Shown here: positions 27,956 through 39,673 of the stretch, one piece after another
Numbering within the stretch: the stretch's first letter is position 1
How the letters are laid out: every line of letters begins with the position of its first letter
From: an uncultured bacterium
Lineage (GTDB): Bacteria > Lernaellota > Lernaellaia > Lernaellales > Lernaellaceae
Direction: 5' to 3'
Assembly: GCA_964511015.1 (NCBI GenBank)
Contig: CAZEDX010000020.1
Coordinates: 1-59,317 of the forward strand
Length of the DNA: 59,317 nt
Notes under the pieces: generated by a model
Database searches by the model: none
What the model saw: the letters and a program-made list of their open reading frames with translations, nothing else
Told to the model about the DNA's origin: nothing
Made by a program: the position numbers and the translations under genes

Positions 27956-28993
27956 CTAGTTGGACACGCCCCGCATGCGCATGAAGATCTTCACCAGATC
28001 GGGATCGAACTGCGTGCCGGCGTTGCGTTCAATAATGCCCAGTGCACGGGATTCGCTCAGGGCGGGGCGGTAAGAGCGGTCGGAGGTCATCGCGTCGTAA
28101 GCGTCGCAGATGGTCATGATGCGCGCGCCAATGGGAATTTGCTGTTCCTTCAGCGAATCCGGATAGCCGTTGCCGTCGTAGAACTCGTGGTGGTGGCGGA
28201 TCATCTTCGATATCCGTTTGAACTGCGGCACCTGCTCCACGATCTTCTGGCTGATCAGCGGATGCGTCTTGATCAGATCGTATTCGTCGCTGGTGAGCTG
28301 ACCCTGTTTGTTCAATACCGATTCGGTGATGCCGATCTTGCCGATGTCATGGAACAGCCCGGCTAGGTGGATTTCTTCGATATCGAACGAGGAGAAGCTA
28401 AGCACCTGCGCCATCAACGAAGCGTTGTCCGCCACACGCCGGCTGTGGCCTTCGGTGTACTTGTCCTTCGCTTCCAACGCGCTGACCAGCGACCGGATCG
28501 TGGAAATGAGTAGCTGCTGCTTCTCCTGGTTGCGCAGACGCAGCGAGAGGGTTTTCTCCTTGATCTGCTTTTCCATATCCATCTGTAGGTCACGGCTGCG
28601 GCCGATCAGCTTGCGTTTCTCGATGGCGCGGTTCACCGAAAGCAACAACTCATAGCTATGGAACGGTTTGCCGATCAGGTCGTACACTCCGGCATCGATC
28701 AGCCGCCGCACCAGTTCGAGTTCCGGGTGGGAGGTCAGCACGATTACGTCGACGCCGTAGCCGGCTTCGCCGATGTAGGTCAAGAGGTTGAAGTTCTCGT
28801 TGCCGCCTAGATGCGAATCCGTGATCAGCAGATCTACCTGTTCGCGGTCGAGAATCTGCGTGGCTTGATCGGTATCCAACGCCTCGAGAACGTCGTAGCC
28901 GGCGGAATTGAGTACGTTTTTAAGGGTATCCAATAAAGGCTGTTCGTCGTGAATCAGTAATATTTTTTCGCCAACGCGTGTTCCGTTTCGCAT
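27956..28993 (-). CDS. Response regulator with REC and HD-GYP (c-di-GMP phosphodiesterase) domains
   Basis: 345 aa. REC domain (ILLIHDEQPLL...DLLITDSHL), HD-GYP domain with HDIGK and HHEFYDGNGYP. Confidence 0.8.
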   Translation of the reverse strand: MRNGTRVGEKILLIHDEQPLLDTLKNVLNSAGYDVLEALDTDQATQILDREQVDLLITDSHLGGNENFNLLTYIGEAGYGVDVIVLTSHPELELVRRLIDAGVYDLIGKPFHSYELLLSVNRAIEKRKLIGRSRDLQMDMEKQIKEKTLSLRLRNQEKQQLLISTIRSLVSALEAKDKYTEGHSRRVADNASLMAQVLSFSSFDIEEIHLAGLFHDIGKIGITESVLNKQGQLTSDEYDLIKTHPLISQKIVEQVPQFKRISKMIRHHHEFYDGNGYPDSLKEQQIPIGARIMTICDAYDAMTSDRSYRPALSESRALGIIERNAGTQFDPDLVKIFMRMRGVSN

Positions 28994-29115
28994 CCTTGCT
29001 CCATCGCCCCAGTATCATCATATCTCATCCGTCCCGCATAGACAATGATCGGCAAAATCAGTGAAATTCATGAGTCGGCAATCGGCAGGCAAGGAAAGAT
29101 GGGGGGTAATGGCTT

Positions 29116-30126
29116 CTAACCACCTATTCTCATTGAAGAAATTGTTTCTTCGTCGACAGGTGCATCCGTAAATGCCTCCTGGCTCACCAAGTCGCCACGA
29201 ACCACCCGTAAGGCGGGATTCTCCCGCGGTTTGCCATAGCGAGCCATGAACCGGAACGCCAGGCCTACGTGCGCCAGGTCGGTGGAATGGACGATAACCG
29301 CCGCCGGGCCGGCCCAGTTTGCCGGTTCGAGGAAGATCCCGGCCGAGTGGCGAAACCGCTCGAGCAGCCGGTTCTCGTTTTCGTTGCGGCTGACGATCAG
29401 CTTGGCGCCGCCGCCGAGGTCGAAATGCCGACCGATGGTGAGCAGTTCCAGATCTTCGTCGCAGATGGTTTCATGTTCGCGCAGCAGTTGTGCCAGGCGG
29501 CGGGCATAACCCGGGTCGGTCAAGAGACAGCCACCGGCCGAGCCCGGCGGGTCGGGAATGCCTAGTCGGGCTGCCAGTTCCATTTGCGGCTGGCGGCTGC
29601 GGCCGGAGAAGTCGAAGAGCTGTTCGCGGTCGATCAGGCCTTCTTGTTCCGGAATGGTCGGCGCCATGTGCTTGGCCGACAACGGCCGCAGCAACCGGCC
29701 GCGCAAACCGCTATGTTTTTCAATCGCCGCCAGCGTGTCCCGCCGCTGGCTCATCGGCCGCTGGCCAAGCACTTCGCCCGTCACCACGAAATCGAAGCCT
29801 TCCGCTGCCATGATCTCGCCCGCGCGGCGCAGCATGAAGATCTTGCAATCGACGCACGGGTTGAGGTTTTTACCGTGCCCGTAGATCGGCGCGCGAATAA
29901 CCTGCACGAACTCCGGTCCGAGCAGCAGTTCGCGCACCGGCACTTCGAGCACCCGCCGCCAGTAGTCCAGCCCGCGTTCGCTGGCGCCGCGCGACACCGG
30001 GCGGATAAACGGCGCGGTGAAGTGCAGGCCGAGCACCTCGACGCCGAGGTTCTTGATCACCTTGGTGGCCAGCACGGAATCCAGCCCGCCGGAAAACATG
30101 GCAATCGCGCGCGCGGTTCGACTCAC
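29116..30126 (-). CDS. ThiI-type tRNA sulfurtransferase PP-loop domain protein (no THUMP domain)
   Basis: 336 aa. PP-loop SGGLDS. ThiI-like catalytic block NPCVDCKIFMLRRAGEIMAAEGFDFVVTGEVLGQRPMSQRRDTLAAIE. Confidence 0.6.
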   Translation of the reverse strand: MSRTARAIAMFSGGLDSVLATKVIKNLGVEVLGLHFTAPFIRPVSRGASERGLDYWRRVLEVPVRELLLGPEFVQVIRAPIYGHGKNLNPCVDCKIFMLRRAGEIMAAEGFDFVVTGEVLGQRPMSQRRDTLAAIEKHSGLRGRLLRPLSAKHMAPTIPEQEGLIDREQLFDFSGRSRQPQMELAARLGIPDPPGSAGGCLLTDPGYARRLAQLLREHETICDEDLELLTIGRHFDLGGGAKLIVSRNENENRLLERFRHSAGIFLEPANWAGPAAVIVHSTDLAHVGLAFRFMARYGKPRENPALRVVRGDLVSQEAFTDAPVDEETISSMRIGG

Positions 30127-30130
30127 GATC

Positions 30131-30868
30131 TCAGTCCTTCACGAAATGGATGAACACTTCCTGGTTGCCTTTCGGGCCGCGGATCGGCGAAAGAACCTGG
30201 CCGGTCGCCCGCAGGCCGATCGCCGACCCAAACGCCGCGATCTTGTCCACACAAGCCACCACGGCCGCCTCGTCGCGCACTACGCCGCCTTTGCCAACCT
30301 GTTCCCGGCCCGCCTCGAACTGCGGCTTGACCAGCGCGACGATTCGCCCGCCCGGCCGCACATGCGGCGCCACCGCCGGCAAGATTAGTTCCAGCGAAAT
30401 GAAGCTGACGTCGATCACCGCGCCGTCGAATTGCGTTCCGCCGAAGGCGTCCGGCTTCAAATGACGGGCGTTGGTCCGTTCGATAGCGGTCACCCGCGGA
30501 TCGTTGCGCAACCGTAGGTCGAGTTGACCGTAGCCCACGTCCACCCCGGTCACGTGTTTTGCGCCTCGCCGCAACAGAAGATCGGTAAAACCGCCGGTGG
30601 ATTGGCCGATGTCGAGCCAGTTCTCGCCGGTCGGGTCGATCCCAAACCCTTCGAGCGCGCCGGTGAGCTTTTCCGCTCCGCGGCTGGCGTATTCCGGCCC
30701 TTGTTTGACACGAAGGTCTGACTCGATATCGATGGCGACGCCGGGCTTGCCCGCTGGTCGGTTGTTCACCAACACCGCGCCGGCCATGATCAGCGCCTTG
30801 GCCTTTTCCCGCGTGGGGGCCAACCCGCGTTCGCACAACAATTGGTCGAGGCGCATCTTGGTCGGCAT
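30131..30868 (-). CDS. tlyA: TlyA-family 16S/23S rRNA (cytidine-2'-O)-methyltransferase
   Basis: Refined ATG at 30868 (MPTKMRLDQLLCERGLAPTREKAKALI is the S4-like N-terminus). FtsJ-type MTase motifs (DIGQSTGGFTD, DVSFISL). ORF-track start 31108 is an Arg-rich extension. Confidence 0.8.
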   Translation of the reverse strand: MPTKMRLDQLLCERGLAPTREKAKALIMAGAVLVNNRPAGKPGVAIDIESDLRVKQGPEYASRGAEKLTGALEGFGIDPTGENWLDIGQSTGGFTDLLLRRGAKHVTGVDVGYGQLDLRLRNDPRVTAIERTNARHLKPDAFGGTQFDGAVIDVSFISLELILPAVAPHVRPGGRIVALVKPQFEAGREQVGKGGVVRDEAAVVACVDKIAAFGSAIGLRATGQVLSPIRGPKGNQEVFIHFVKD

Positions 30869-30870
30869 GA

Positions 30871-32757
<1,887 letters not shown>

Positions 32758-33021
32758 CTACTCCTCGGACTCGTTGAGATCAGCGGCGAACGGCTTGAGG
32801 GTGGCGCTGCCTTCTTTGGCCAGCAGCACCTCGATCTTGCGTTCTGCCGCCGCCAACACTTCCGCCAGCTTCTTGGAAATGACCATGCCTTCTTCGAAGG
32901 TCTTCACCGCCTCTTCCAGCGGCAGTTCTCCGCTCTCCAACGCCTGAACGAGTTCTTCCAAACGAGCAAGCTGCGCTTCGAAGTTCTCGGCGGAATCCTT
33001 GGTCTTGGTCGCCTTGGCCAT
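32758..33021 (-). CDS. xseB: Exodeoxyribonuclease VII small subunit
   Basis: Refined start MAKATKTK. FEAQLARLEELVQALESGELPLEEAVKTFEEGMVISKKL is the XseB helical hairpin. Located directly upstream of dxs, as in many bacteria. Confidence 0.75.
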   Translation of the reverse strand: MAKATKTKDSAENFEAQLARLEELVQALESGELPLEEAVKTFEEGMVISKKLAEVLAAAERKIEVLLAKEGSATLKPFAADLNESEE

Positions 33022-33172
33022 CGGCCCTCCCAGCATCACGTCCGCGGGCGATTCTGACATTGCCGCGTGGGTGGGTCAACAATGAGATGACCGGAACACC
33101 GCGGTCAGGTCTTGTCGACGACAAACGGCAGCGGCGCGTCCAGCGGCAGATGGAACAGGGGGACTGTCCGTC

Positions 33173-35470
33173 TTATGGGACCGGCGAAACCTCCGTCGGC
33201 ACCGCGATGGGTTGGCCCCATTTGGTGGGGCGCGCCGACATGACGAATTCCAGGATACCGCCCTCGGCAATCTGCGCATGCCGCAAGACCGGCGACCGGA
33301 GCGGTTCGCCGTTCAACGTCACCGATTCGACGTAAACGTTGCGCGGCGAGTTGTTTCGCGCGACGACGCGCAGGGTGCCCCGTGAAAGTTCCATGGTCAA
33401 CTCGGTGAACAACGGGCTGCCGATGACGTAGAGATCGCTGCCGGCCAACGGCATTAACCCCATGGCCGAAAAAATATACCACGCGCTCAGCGTGCCGGCG
33501 TCGTCGTTGCCGTCCAGACCGTCAGGCCGATCGCTGTATTTGGTGTCCATGACCCAACGCACCCATTTCTGCGTCAGGTCCGGCCGGCCGGCCAACGCAA
33601 ACATATACGGCGCGAAGATGTCGGGTTCGTTGCCATGCCAGTAGTACACCGGCGGGAACATGGTTTGCGCCTCGCGAGTGGCCTGCCGGAAGAAGGCGTT
33701 GAGCCGGCGCACGAAGCGGTCCGGCGAACCGTGCGCGTCGATCAGCCCCGGCATGTCGTGCGGCGCGTACCAGGACCATTGGTAGGCCGTGCCCTCGACA
33801 TACGGCTGGCCGAACACCCACTTCGGATAGAACGGCTCGTGGAACGATCCATCGGCGTCGCGGCCGCGTAAAAACCGAGTCTCGCGGTCCCACAGGTTGC
33901 GCCAGTTGCGGCTGCGCGCGGCGAACAGCCGGGCATCGTCATCACGGTTCATCAACGCCGCCCAGCGCGACAAGGCGAAATCGTCCCACGCGTATTCGAG
34001 CGTGAGGGTGGCGGCGCCGGGGTGGCGGTCGGCCGGCACATAGCCGCGGGCGATGTAGTGGCTGATCCCGCGCCGCGACGGATGTGGGATCTCGCCCAAC
34101 GCCTGCGCACGGCAGTAGCGCCAGGCCGTCTCGACGTCGAACCCGCGGTGGCCGGCGATCTTCTGATAGGCTTCCGACAAGACGATATCCGCACTCGCGC
34201 CGACCATGCATTCGGTGTCGCCATCGCCCAGCGGCCACATCGGCATGGCGCCGCCTTGCTCGGCCATCCAGACCAGCGATTGCATCATGTCGTTGCTCTC
34301 GCTCTGCGCGAGCAGGAACAAGAGCGGATGCAGCGTGCGGAAGGTGTCCCACAGCGAGAAGTTGGTGTAGTACACCCGGTCCGCGGCGTCGTGAATCCGG
34401 CCGTCAAAACCGAAATACCGGCCGTTGTTTTCGGACCACTGGTTGGGCATCAGATAAGCGTGGTACAGCGCGGTGAAAAACATGCGCCGCTGGGCGAGGG
34501 TGGCCCCCGCGATCTGCGCCTTGTTCAGCACGGCGCGCCACTGAGTCGCACACCGCTCGCGGACGGTGTCGAAGTCGCACGCGGCGACCGGTCCGCCCAG
34601 GTTCGCGCGGGCCTGCTCGATGCTCTGGTAGCTGATGCCAACCCCGATCACCAACGGCTCGTTTTCGTCCTCCGCGAAGCCCGCCAGCGCGCCGATGTCG
34701 TCGCCGTTTTCGCTCGTCGAACCGTCGCGAATCACCCCGTCGCGCCAGGTGGCGAAACTCGTCGGCGGACGCGAAAACCGCATGGCGAAATACACCACGA
34801 AACCACCGTGCGGCTCGGCCAGTTCACCGATCAGATGCAACTGGCCGCTGACCTCGCCCGCGACGGGGTCGAAGGTCAAGGCGGCGTCTCGCACGCGCCC
34901 GTTCGGAATGACGTGGCTGGGGTTGATGACCACGTACGGTTTTGCGCCGCGCCGCCAAGTGTAACGGTGATAGGCGGCGTAGCGCGCGGTGGTCAATTCG
35001 GCGAAGGTGCCGCTCCGCTGCAGGTAGACCGCGTAATAGCCCGGTTCGGCCTTTTCGCCGGTATGCGAATAGCGCGAACGGTAATCCTTTTCGCTGATCT
35101 TCCGCGCGGGCCGGCCGTCGATCGGCATCAGCGCCAGCGCGGCCAGATCGGAAATGCCGGTGCCGTGCAAATGTGTATGCGAGAAACCGCGAATTTCGGG
35201 GTCGAGATAGTAGTATCCGGCGCAGTGGCTGAAGCCTGGATTCAGCCCGTACATTGTCGTGTCTGGACTGAGCTGGAGAAAGCCAAACGGTAAGGTGGCG
35301 CCTGGGTAGGCGCTGCCGGCGTGATAGCCCAATCCCCCGGTCCCGATGAAGGGATCGACCGATGAATTCGGCTCGAATGCCCCCTCACCTGCGGGCTCTT
35401 GCGCGAAGGCAATAGCCGCCACCAGAATCTGGATTGCGGAGAGGAGTAGAACGGCCGTTCGAATGTGCAT
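33173..35470 (-). CDS. GH92-family alpha-mannosidase (alpha-1,2-mannosidase-like), secreted
   Basis: Refined start MHIRTAVLLLSAIQILVAAIAFA (signal peptide). GH92 hallmark VDPFIGTGG. About 765 aa, consistent with the family. ATG overlaps the GH1 stop by 1 nt (TGATG). Confidence 0.8.
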   Translation of the reverse strand: MHIRTAVLLLSAIQILVAAIAFAQEPAGEGAFEPNSSVDPFIGTGGLGYHAGSAYPGATLPFGFLQLSPDTTMYGLNPGFSHCAGYYYLDPEIRGFSHTHLHGTGISDLAALALMPIDGRPARKISEKDYRSRYSHTGEKAEPGYYAVYLQRSGTFAELTTARYAAYHRYTWRRGAKPYVVINPSHVIPNGRVRDAALTFDPVAGEVSGQLHLIGELAEPHGGFVVYFAMRFSRPPTSFATWRDGVIRDGSTSENGDDIGALAGFAEDENEPLVIGVGISYQSIEQARANLGGPVAACDFDTVRERCATQWRAVLNKAQIAGATLAQRRMFFTALYHAYLMPNQWSENNGRYFGFDGRIHDAADRVYYTNFSLWDTFRTLHPLLFLLAQSESNDMMQSLVWMAEQGGAMPMWPLGDGDTECMVGASADIVLSEAYQKIAGHRGFDVETAWRYCRAQALGEIPHPSRRGISHYIARGYVPADRHPGAATLTLEYAWDDFALSRWAALMNRDDDARLFAARSRNWRNLWDRETRFLRGRDADGSFHEPFYPKWVFGQPYVEGTAYQWSWYAPHDMPGLIDAHGSPDRFVRRLNAFFRQATREAQTMFPPVYYWHGNEPDIFAPYMFALAGRPDLTQKWVRWVMDTKYSDRPDGLDGNDDAGTLSAWYIFSAMGLMPLAGSDLYVIGSPLFTELTMELSRGTLRVVARNNSPRNVYVESVTLNGEPLRSPVLRHAQIAEGGILEFVMSARPTKWGQPIAVPTEVSPVP

Positions 35471-36780
35471 CACCGCCTCGCCAAATCCATCGTTTCCATG
35501 TCCCACGGATACTGGTCAAACCATTCCGCGCGAAGGGCATTGGCGCGCGCAATCTCGCCGTAAAAATGCCCCGACGGTTTTATCGTCCGGGCCATGGTTT
35601 GCGGATCGAACGAAATTAGTCCGAACTTCGGCAACCAGCCGTCTTCCCACTCGAAATTGTCGAGCAACGACCAGTAGAAATACCCCCGTACATCGGCGCC
35701 TTCGGCGATGGCTTCGTGCACCTGGCGTAGGTGCTCCAGAAGGTAGGCGCAGCGCCACGGGTCGTCATCGGTCGCCAGCCCGTTTTCGGTGATGTAGATC
35801 GGTTTGCCGAAGCTGGCCAGGCGCAGCAGATTTCGCTTCAAACCGGGGGGGTACGGCGCCCAGGCGGTTTGCGTCATCCGGTGTTTCGGACCAGCGTTCT
35901 CGGTGGCCAACGGCCAGGTGAACTTGCACCGGCTTTGGTTGTAGTAGTTCAGGCCCCAGAAGTCGATCGAACCGGCCAGGCCGGGCAGGGTTTTACCGTC
36001 GCCCAACGGCGGGTAACGCACCCCCGTGCGTACCCCCTCAATGATAAACGCGTTGTAGAGCCAATCGTGCTGCGCCGCGGCCAGGCGATCGAGGCGGCTA
36101 GATTCGTCATACGGTGTATAAAACGGCATGTTTTTGACCAAACCGATGCGCGTTTCCGGACTCGCTTCTTTGAGCGTGCGATAGGCGATGGCGTGCGCTG
36201 CCAGCAGGTTCTGCATCACCTTCCGGAACGCGAGTAGACTCTTGGTTCCCGGGGCGAAGTAGCCGAACAAAAAGCTCATCATCGCGTAAATCGCCGGCTC
36301 ATTGATTGTGTTCCAGAATCGCACGCGCCTGCCGTAGCGATCGGCGAGCAGCCTACAGTAGCGCTCGAAGTAGGCCAAATTCCGCTTTTCGACGAAGCCG
36401 CCGCGGTCGGCAAACCACGCCGGCAAGGTGAAGTGGTGGACGGTCACAAACGCCGTCAGCCCACGCTGTTCGAGCGCGTTGAGAACCGCGTGGTAATGCA
36501 TGATCGCTTCGTCGTCGTACTCGCCCGGACGCGGCTCGATGCGCGCCCATTCGATCGACAGCCGGACGGCGTTCGTGCCTAGCGCGCGGCACAGGTCGAA
36601 GTCCTCCGCAAAACGGTGGTAATGGTCGCACGCGCGGCCTGATTTTTCGTTGCGTTGGATATGCCCCGGCGTCTGCTCGTAGACCCACCAATCGGAGTGG
36701 ACGTTGTCGCCCTCCACCTGGTGCGCGGAGGTGGCCGTGCCCCAGAGAAAACCCGAGGGAAAAGACAGCGTGGAAGCCAT
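35470..36780 (-). CDS. GH1-family beta-glucosidase/beta-glycosidase
   Basis: Refined start MASTLSFPSGFLWGTATSAHQVEGD (GH1 N-terminal signature). Acid/base TINEP and nucleophile YITENG present. Confidence 0.8.
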   Translation of the reverse strand: MASTLSFPSGFLWGTATSAHQVEGDNVHSDWWVYEQTPGHIQRNEKSGRACDHYHRFAEDFDLCRALGTNAVRLSIEWARIEPRPGEYDDEAIMHYHAVLNALEQRGLTAFVTVHHFTLPAWFADRGGFVEKRNLAYFERYCRLLADRYGRRVRFWNTINEPAIYAMMSFLFGYFAPGTKSLLAFRKVMQNLLAAHAIAYRTLKEASPETRIGLVKNMPFYTPYDESSRLDRLAAAQHDWLYNAFIIEGVRTGVRYPPLGDGKTLPGLAGSIDFWGLNYYNQSRCKFTWPLATENAGPKHRMTQTAWAPYPPGLKRNLLRLASFGKPIYITENGLATDDDPWRCAYLLEHLRQVHEAIAEGADVRGYFYWSLLDNFEWEDGWLPKFGLISFDPQTMARTIKPSGHFYGEIARANALRAEWFDQYPWDMETMDLARR

Positions 36781-36791
36781 GTTTCCGCCCC

Positions 36792-39470
36792 TCATTCGGT
36801 CACGGTGAAAGTGCCGGCGGACACCTCGTCGCGCAGCCACAGGTTGCCGGTTGCGTTGTCGTAGAACCAGCCCGCCGCGGCGGCGTTCCAGTCGTCGTAG
36901 GTGCCGTATTCGGTGAGCGCGCCAGACGGCCCGACGACCCCCGTCGGCTCTCCACCGCCGTAGGTGGCCGGCACCGCGCGCAGCGAGTAGACACGCGTCG
37001 CGGGCGAACCGCTGATCATCACGCTGAAACCGCCGGTATCCTGCGACATGGCGAACGAAGTTCCATCAACCAATTCGAACGAACTCGAGCCGAACGGATA
37101 GACTTCTATCCACAGTACATCCGCCATATCAATGTGGTCGATTACCTCCGGGTTGTCGGTCGGCCAGAGGGTCTCGACGCTGGCATCGAGCAAAGGAATG
37201 ATTGCGCCGGCTCGGGCGTATACCGGAATGTAATCTTGCGGCGCCGCCTGGTCATAGAAGGCGGCACCGTCGTGCACCGTGTTGTCCCAGTAATTCACCC
37301 AACGACCGGTCGGGAAGTAGACCTCACGCGTCGTTGCGCCCTGTTCATAGACCGGCGCCACCAGCAGCCACTCGCCCAGCAGGTAGTCGAAGTCGCGTCC
37401 GTAGGTGTCTGGGTCATCCATGAAATGCAACGGCAGCATCCGCATGATCGGATGACCGGTTTGGGTTGCTTTCAACGCATAAGCCTTCAAGTACGGGAAC
37501 AACCGGGTGTGGATGACGGCAAATTTCCGGAACAGCGGTTCGATCCAGTCCGGGTAGGCTTCCCAGATATCCGCCGTGCCGTTCCGTGGTCCTTCGAACA
37601 CCGGGCGGAACGCGGAAGCTTCGGTCCAGCGCGCAAAAAGTTCGGGATCGTCCGTGCCGTAGCTGGAAAAGCCGCCATCGTTCGAACCGTAGTACGGGAA
37701 CCCGGCGGTGCCGATCGTCAGGCCTTGCACGATGTCAGCCGGTAGGCCCAATTCGAAGTTCCAGTCGGATTCCATGTCACCCGGCCAGAAGTAGTTAATG
37801 TGTACCTGTTCGCCCCAATACGCCGTGCGTACGCTGGAAATGCCTAGATTCTGGCCGTCCTCGGTCTGGTTGTATTCTTGTGCCAATTCCCAGAACAACT
37901 GGTGATAATTGAATTTGTAGTCGTGCATCGCGGTGTTCGGGTCGCCGTAGCCGCCCAGGCCGAACGCGCCGGCCGGCCACAGGCCGATGGTGTCGGCGCC
38001 GATGTACTCTCCGCCGTCCATCTTGAAGCCCTGCACGCCCATTTCCATGACGTTGCGCGCCAGGTCCTGATACCAGGTGTAAGCGTCGGGGTTCAGGAAG
38101 TTGACCATCGCGCCATTGTCGTGCCACCAGGGGTATTCCCAGAGGAAGCCGAGAATCGAGACCAGATAGCCGCTCTCCTTCGCAAAGTCGAACTGCGCCG
38201 AGTTGTCTTCGATCATGCCCGGCACCTCGATGGTGCACGTTTTGTTCACGAATTCGGCTGTCCACAGATAGAAGGCGTAACCCTGGTCGTGAACGTAGTC
38301 GATGACCGCTTGCGGGTCGACGAATTGGCAGCCCGACGGGCAGGCCGCGAATTCGAAGGTGCTGTAGCAGGTCTGCCACGGCGCATCGACCATGATCGAC
38401 GAGGTCGGAATGCCGTGTTCGCGCAGCGCGTCGGCGTCGGCATAAACCTCACTCTCGGAGTTGTTGACGTTGCGCCAATGCAGGTAGCCGAACAGATAGT
38501 CGGGGTTCATCGGCGGCCGGCCGGTTTCGCCGGTGTACAGTTCGATCACGCGCAGCGGATCGGGCCCCCAGAAGATGTGCGTCTTAAGTTCAGTGGTGCG
38601 GTACTTGTAGCCGTAGGCCTGGTTCGAACCGTCACCCATGTCGAAATAGCCATGGCCCTTTTCTTCGACGAACAGGCCGTAGCCGCGTGAAGAAATGTAG
38701 AACGGCATCGGCGCATGGTTCTGGATCTGATCGCTCAGATCCATACCCAACCCAATGAACACCGTGCGCAAGAAGCCGCGCGAATCGATCGTGTTGTGCT
38801 GCATGCCGAGGCCGAAGAAATGCTCGTCGTCTTCCAGATCGTACACGCCCGTCTGATAGGTCAGGTCTTCCTCGTTGGGCACGGTGGCAATAAATTCCAG
38901 ATGGTCGTCGGCCAGCTTGCGGAAACTCAGCACGAGGTTTTTCGCGCCGCCTTCGCCGGACACCGGTTCGGCGATAACCGTCACGTCGGTCTGATCGCCA
39001 TTCTGTACGTAGTCCGCCACGCGCACGGCGCAGTACCAATCGCCCAGATCGCCGCCGACCTGGAAAGCGTGCGCGCGGAAGGGCATCGGCGAAACATTCA
39101 ATCCGCGCCCGGCAGGGTTGGCGGCCGGAGTGCTCAACAATGTCTGCTCCTCCGGGCCGACGATTTCCATCTGGTACGGATCGATCTGAATGTGGACGGT
39201 CATATCGCCGGCGTCGATCTCGATCGTCTGCGGCAAAGCGGTATCGTCGTCGGCGTCATCATCGGCCGTGTCGTCATCGGCACTGTCATCATCCGCGCTG
39301 TCGTCGTCGACATCGTCATCGTTGTCGTCTTCGGCGTCGTCATCGGCATCATCATCGGTTTGATCGTCGGCGGCATCGTTGTCATCGTCGCCAGACGAAC
39401 ACGCGCCCGCCAGCAGGAGGAAGGCAACCATCAGTAGCAACGGGCCAAGGGCCGAACGAAAGGTCAGCAT
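36792..39470 (-). CDS. GH31-family alpha-glucosidase/alpha-xylosidase lipoprotein with poly-Asp linker
   Basis: 892 aa. Signal and lipobox LLLAGAC followed by about 55 aa of D-rich linker. GH31 nucleophile region VQGFKMDGGEY (compare YicI FKTDFGE). Confidence 0.7.
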   Translation of the reverse strand: MLTFRSALGPLLLMVAFLLLAGACSSGDDDNDAADDQTDDDADDDAEDDNDDDVDDDSADDDSADDDTADDDADDDTALPQTIEIDAGDMTVHIQIDPYQMEIVGPEEQTLLSTPAANPAGRGLNVSPMPFRAHAFQVGGDLGDWYCAVRVADYVQNGDQTDVTVIAEPVSGEGGAKNLVLSFRKLADDHLEFIATVPNEEDLTYQTGVYDLEDDEHFFGLGMQHNTIDSRGFLRTVFIGLGMDLSDQIQNHAPMPFYISSRGYGLFVEEKGHGYFDMGDGSNQAYGYKYRTTELKTHIFWGPDPLRVIELYTGETGRPPMNPDYLFGYLHWRNVNNSESEVYADADALREHGIPTSSIMVDAPWQTCYSTFEFAACPSGCQFVDPQAVIDYVHDQGYAFYLWTAEFVNKTCTIEVPGMIEDNSAQFDFAKESGYLVSILGFLWEYPWWHDNGAMVNFLNPDAYTWYQDLARNVMEMGVQGFKMDGGEYIGADTIGLWPAGAFGLGGYGDPNTAMHDYKFNYHQLFWELAQEYNQTEDGQNLGISSVRTAYWGEQVHINYFWPGDMESDWNFELGLPADIVQGLTIGTAGFPYYGSNDGGFSSYGTDDPELFARWTEASAFRPVFEGPRNGTADIWEAYPDWIEPLFRKFAVIHTRLFPYLKAYALKATQTGHPIMRMLPLHFMDDPDTYGRDFDYLLGEWLLVAPVYEQGATTREVYFPTGRWVNYWDNTVHDGAAFYDQAAPQDYIPVYARAGAIIPLLDASVETLWPTDNPEVIDHIDMADVLWIEVYPFGSSSFELVDGTSFAMSQDTGGFSVMISGSPATRVYSLRAVPATYGGGEPTGVVGPSGALTEYGTYDDWNAAAAGWFYDNATGNLWLRDEVSAGTFTVTE
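39236..39392 (-). repeat. Codon-level tandem repeat encoding a poly-Asp linker in the GH31 lipoprotein
   Basis: Translation SSGDDDNDAADDQTDDDADDDAEDDNDDDVDDDSADDDSADDDTADDDADDDT. The DNA is built from gtcatc/gtcgtc units. Confidence 0.7.
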
Positions 39471-39673
39471 TGTTTTTCTCCCGCATCTGGAAAGACCAGC
39501 CGGTTACCGAGGGCACATTAATACCAAAGAAGCGGGTAGGGCGTCGATATGGCGGAAGAGGAAATCCAGTTTTTTAAAACAGAAATGACAAATGGCACTC
39601 CTATAAATTTCTGGGCAAGAGCACAGCATGCGGTGAGACTACCGCGATCACGTTCAAGCGGACGGTAGCGGGT

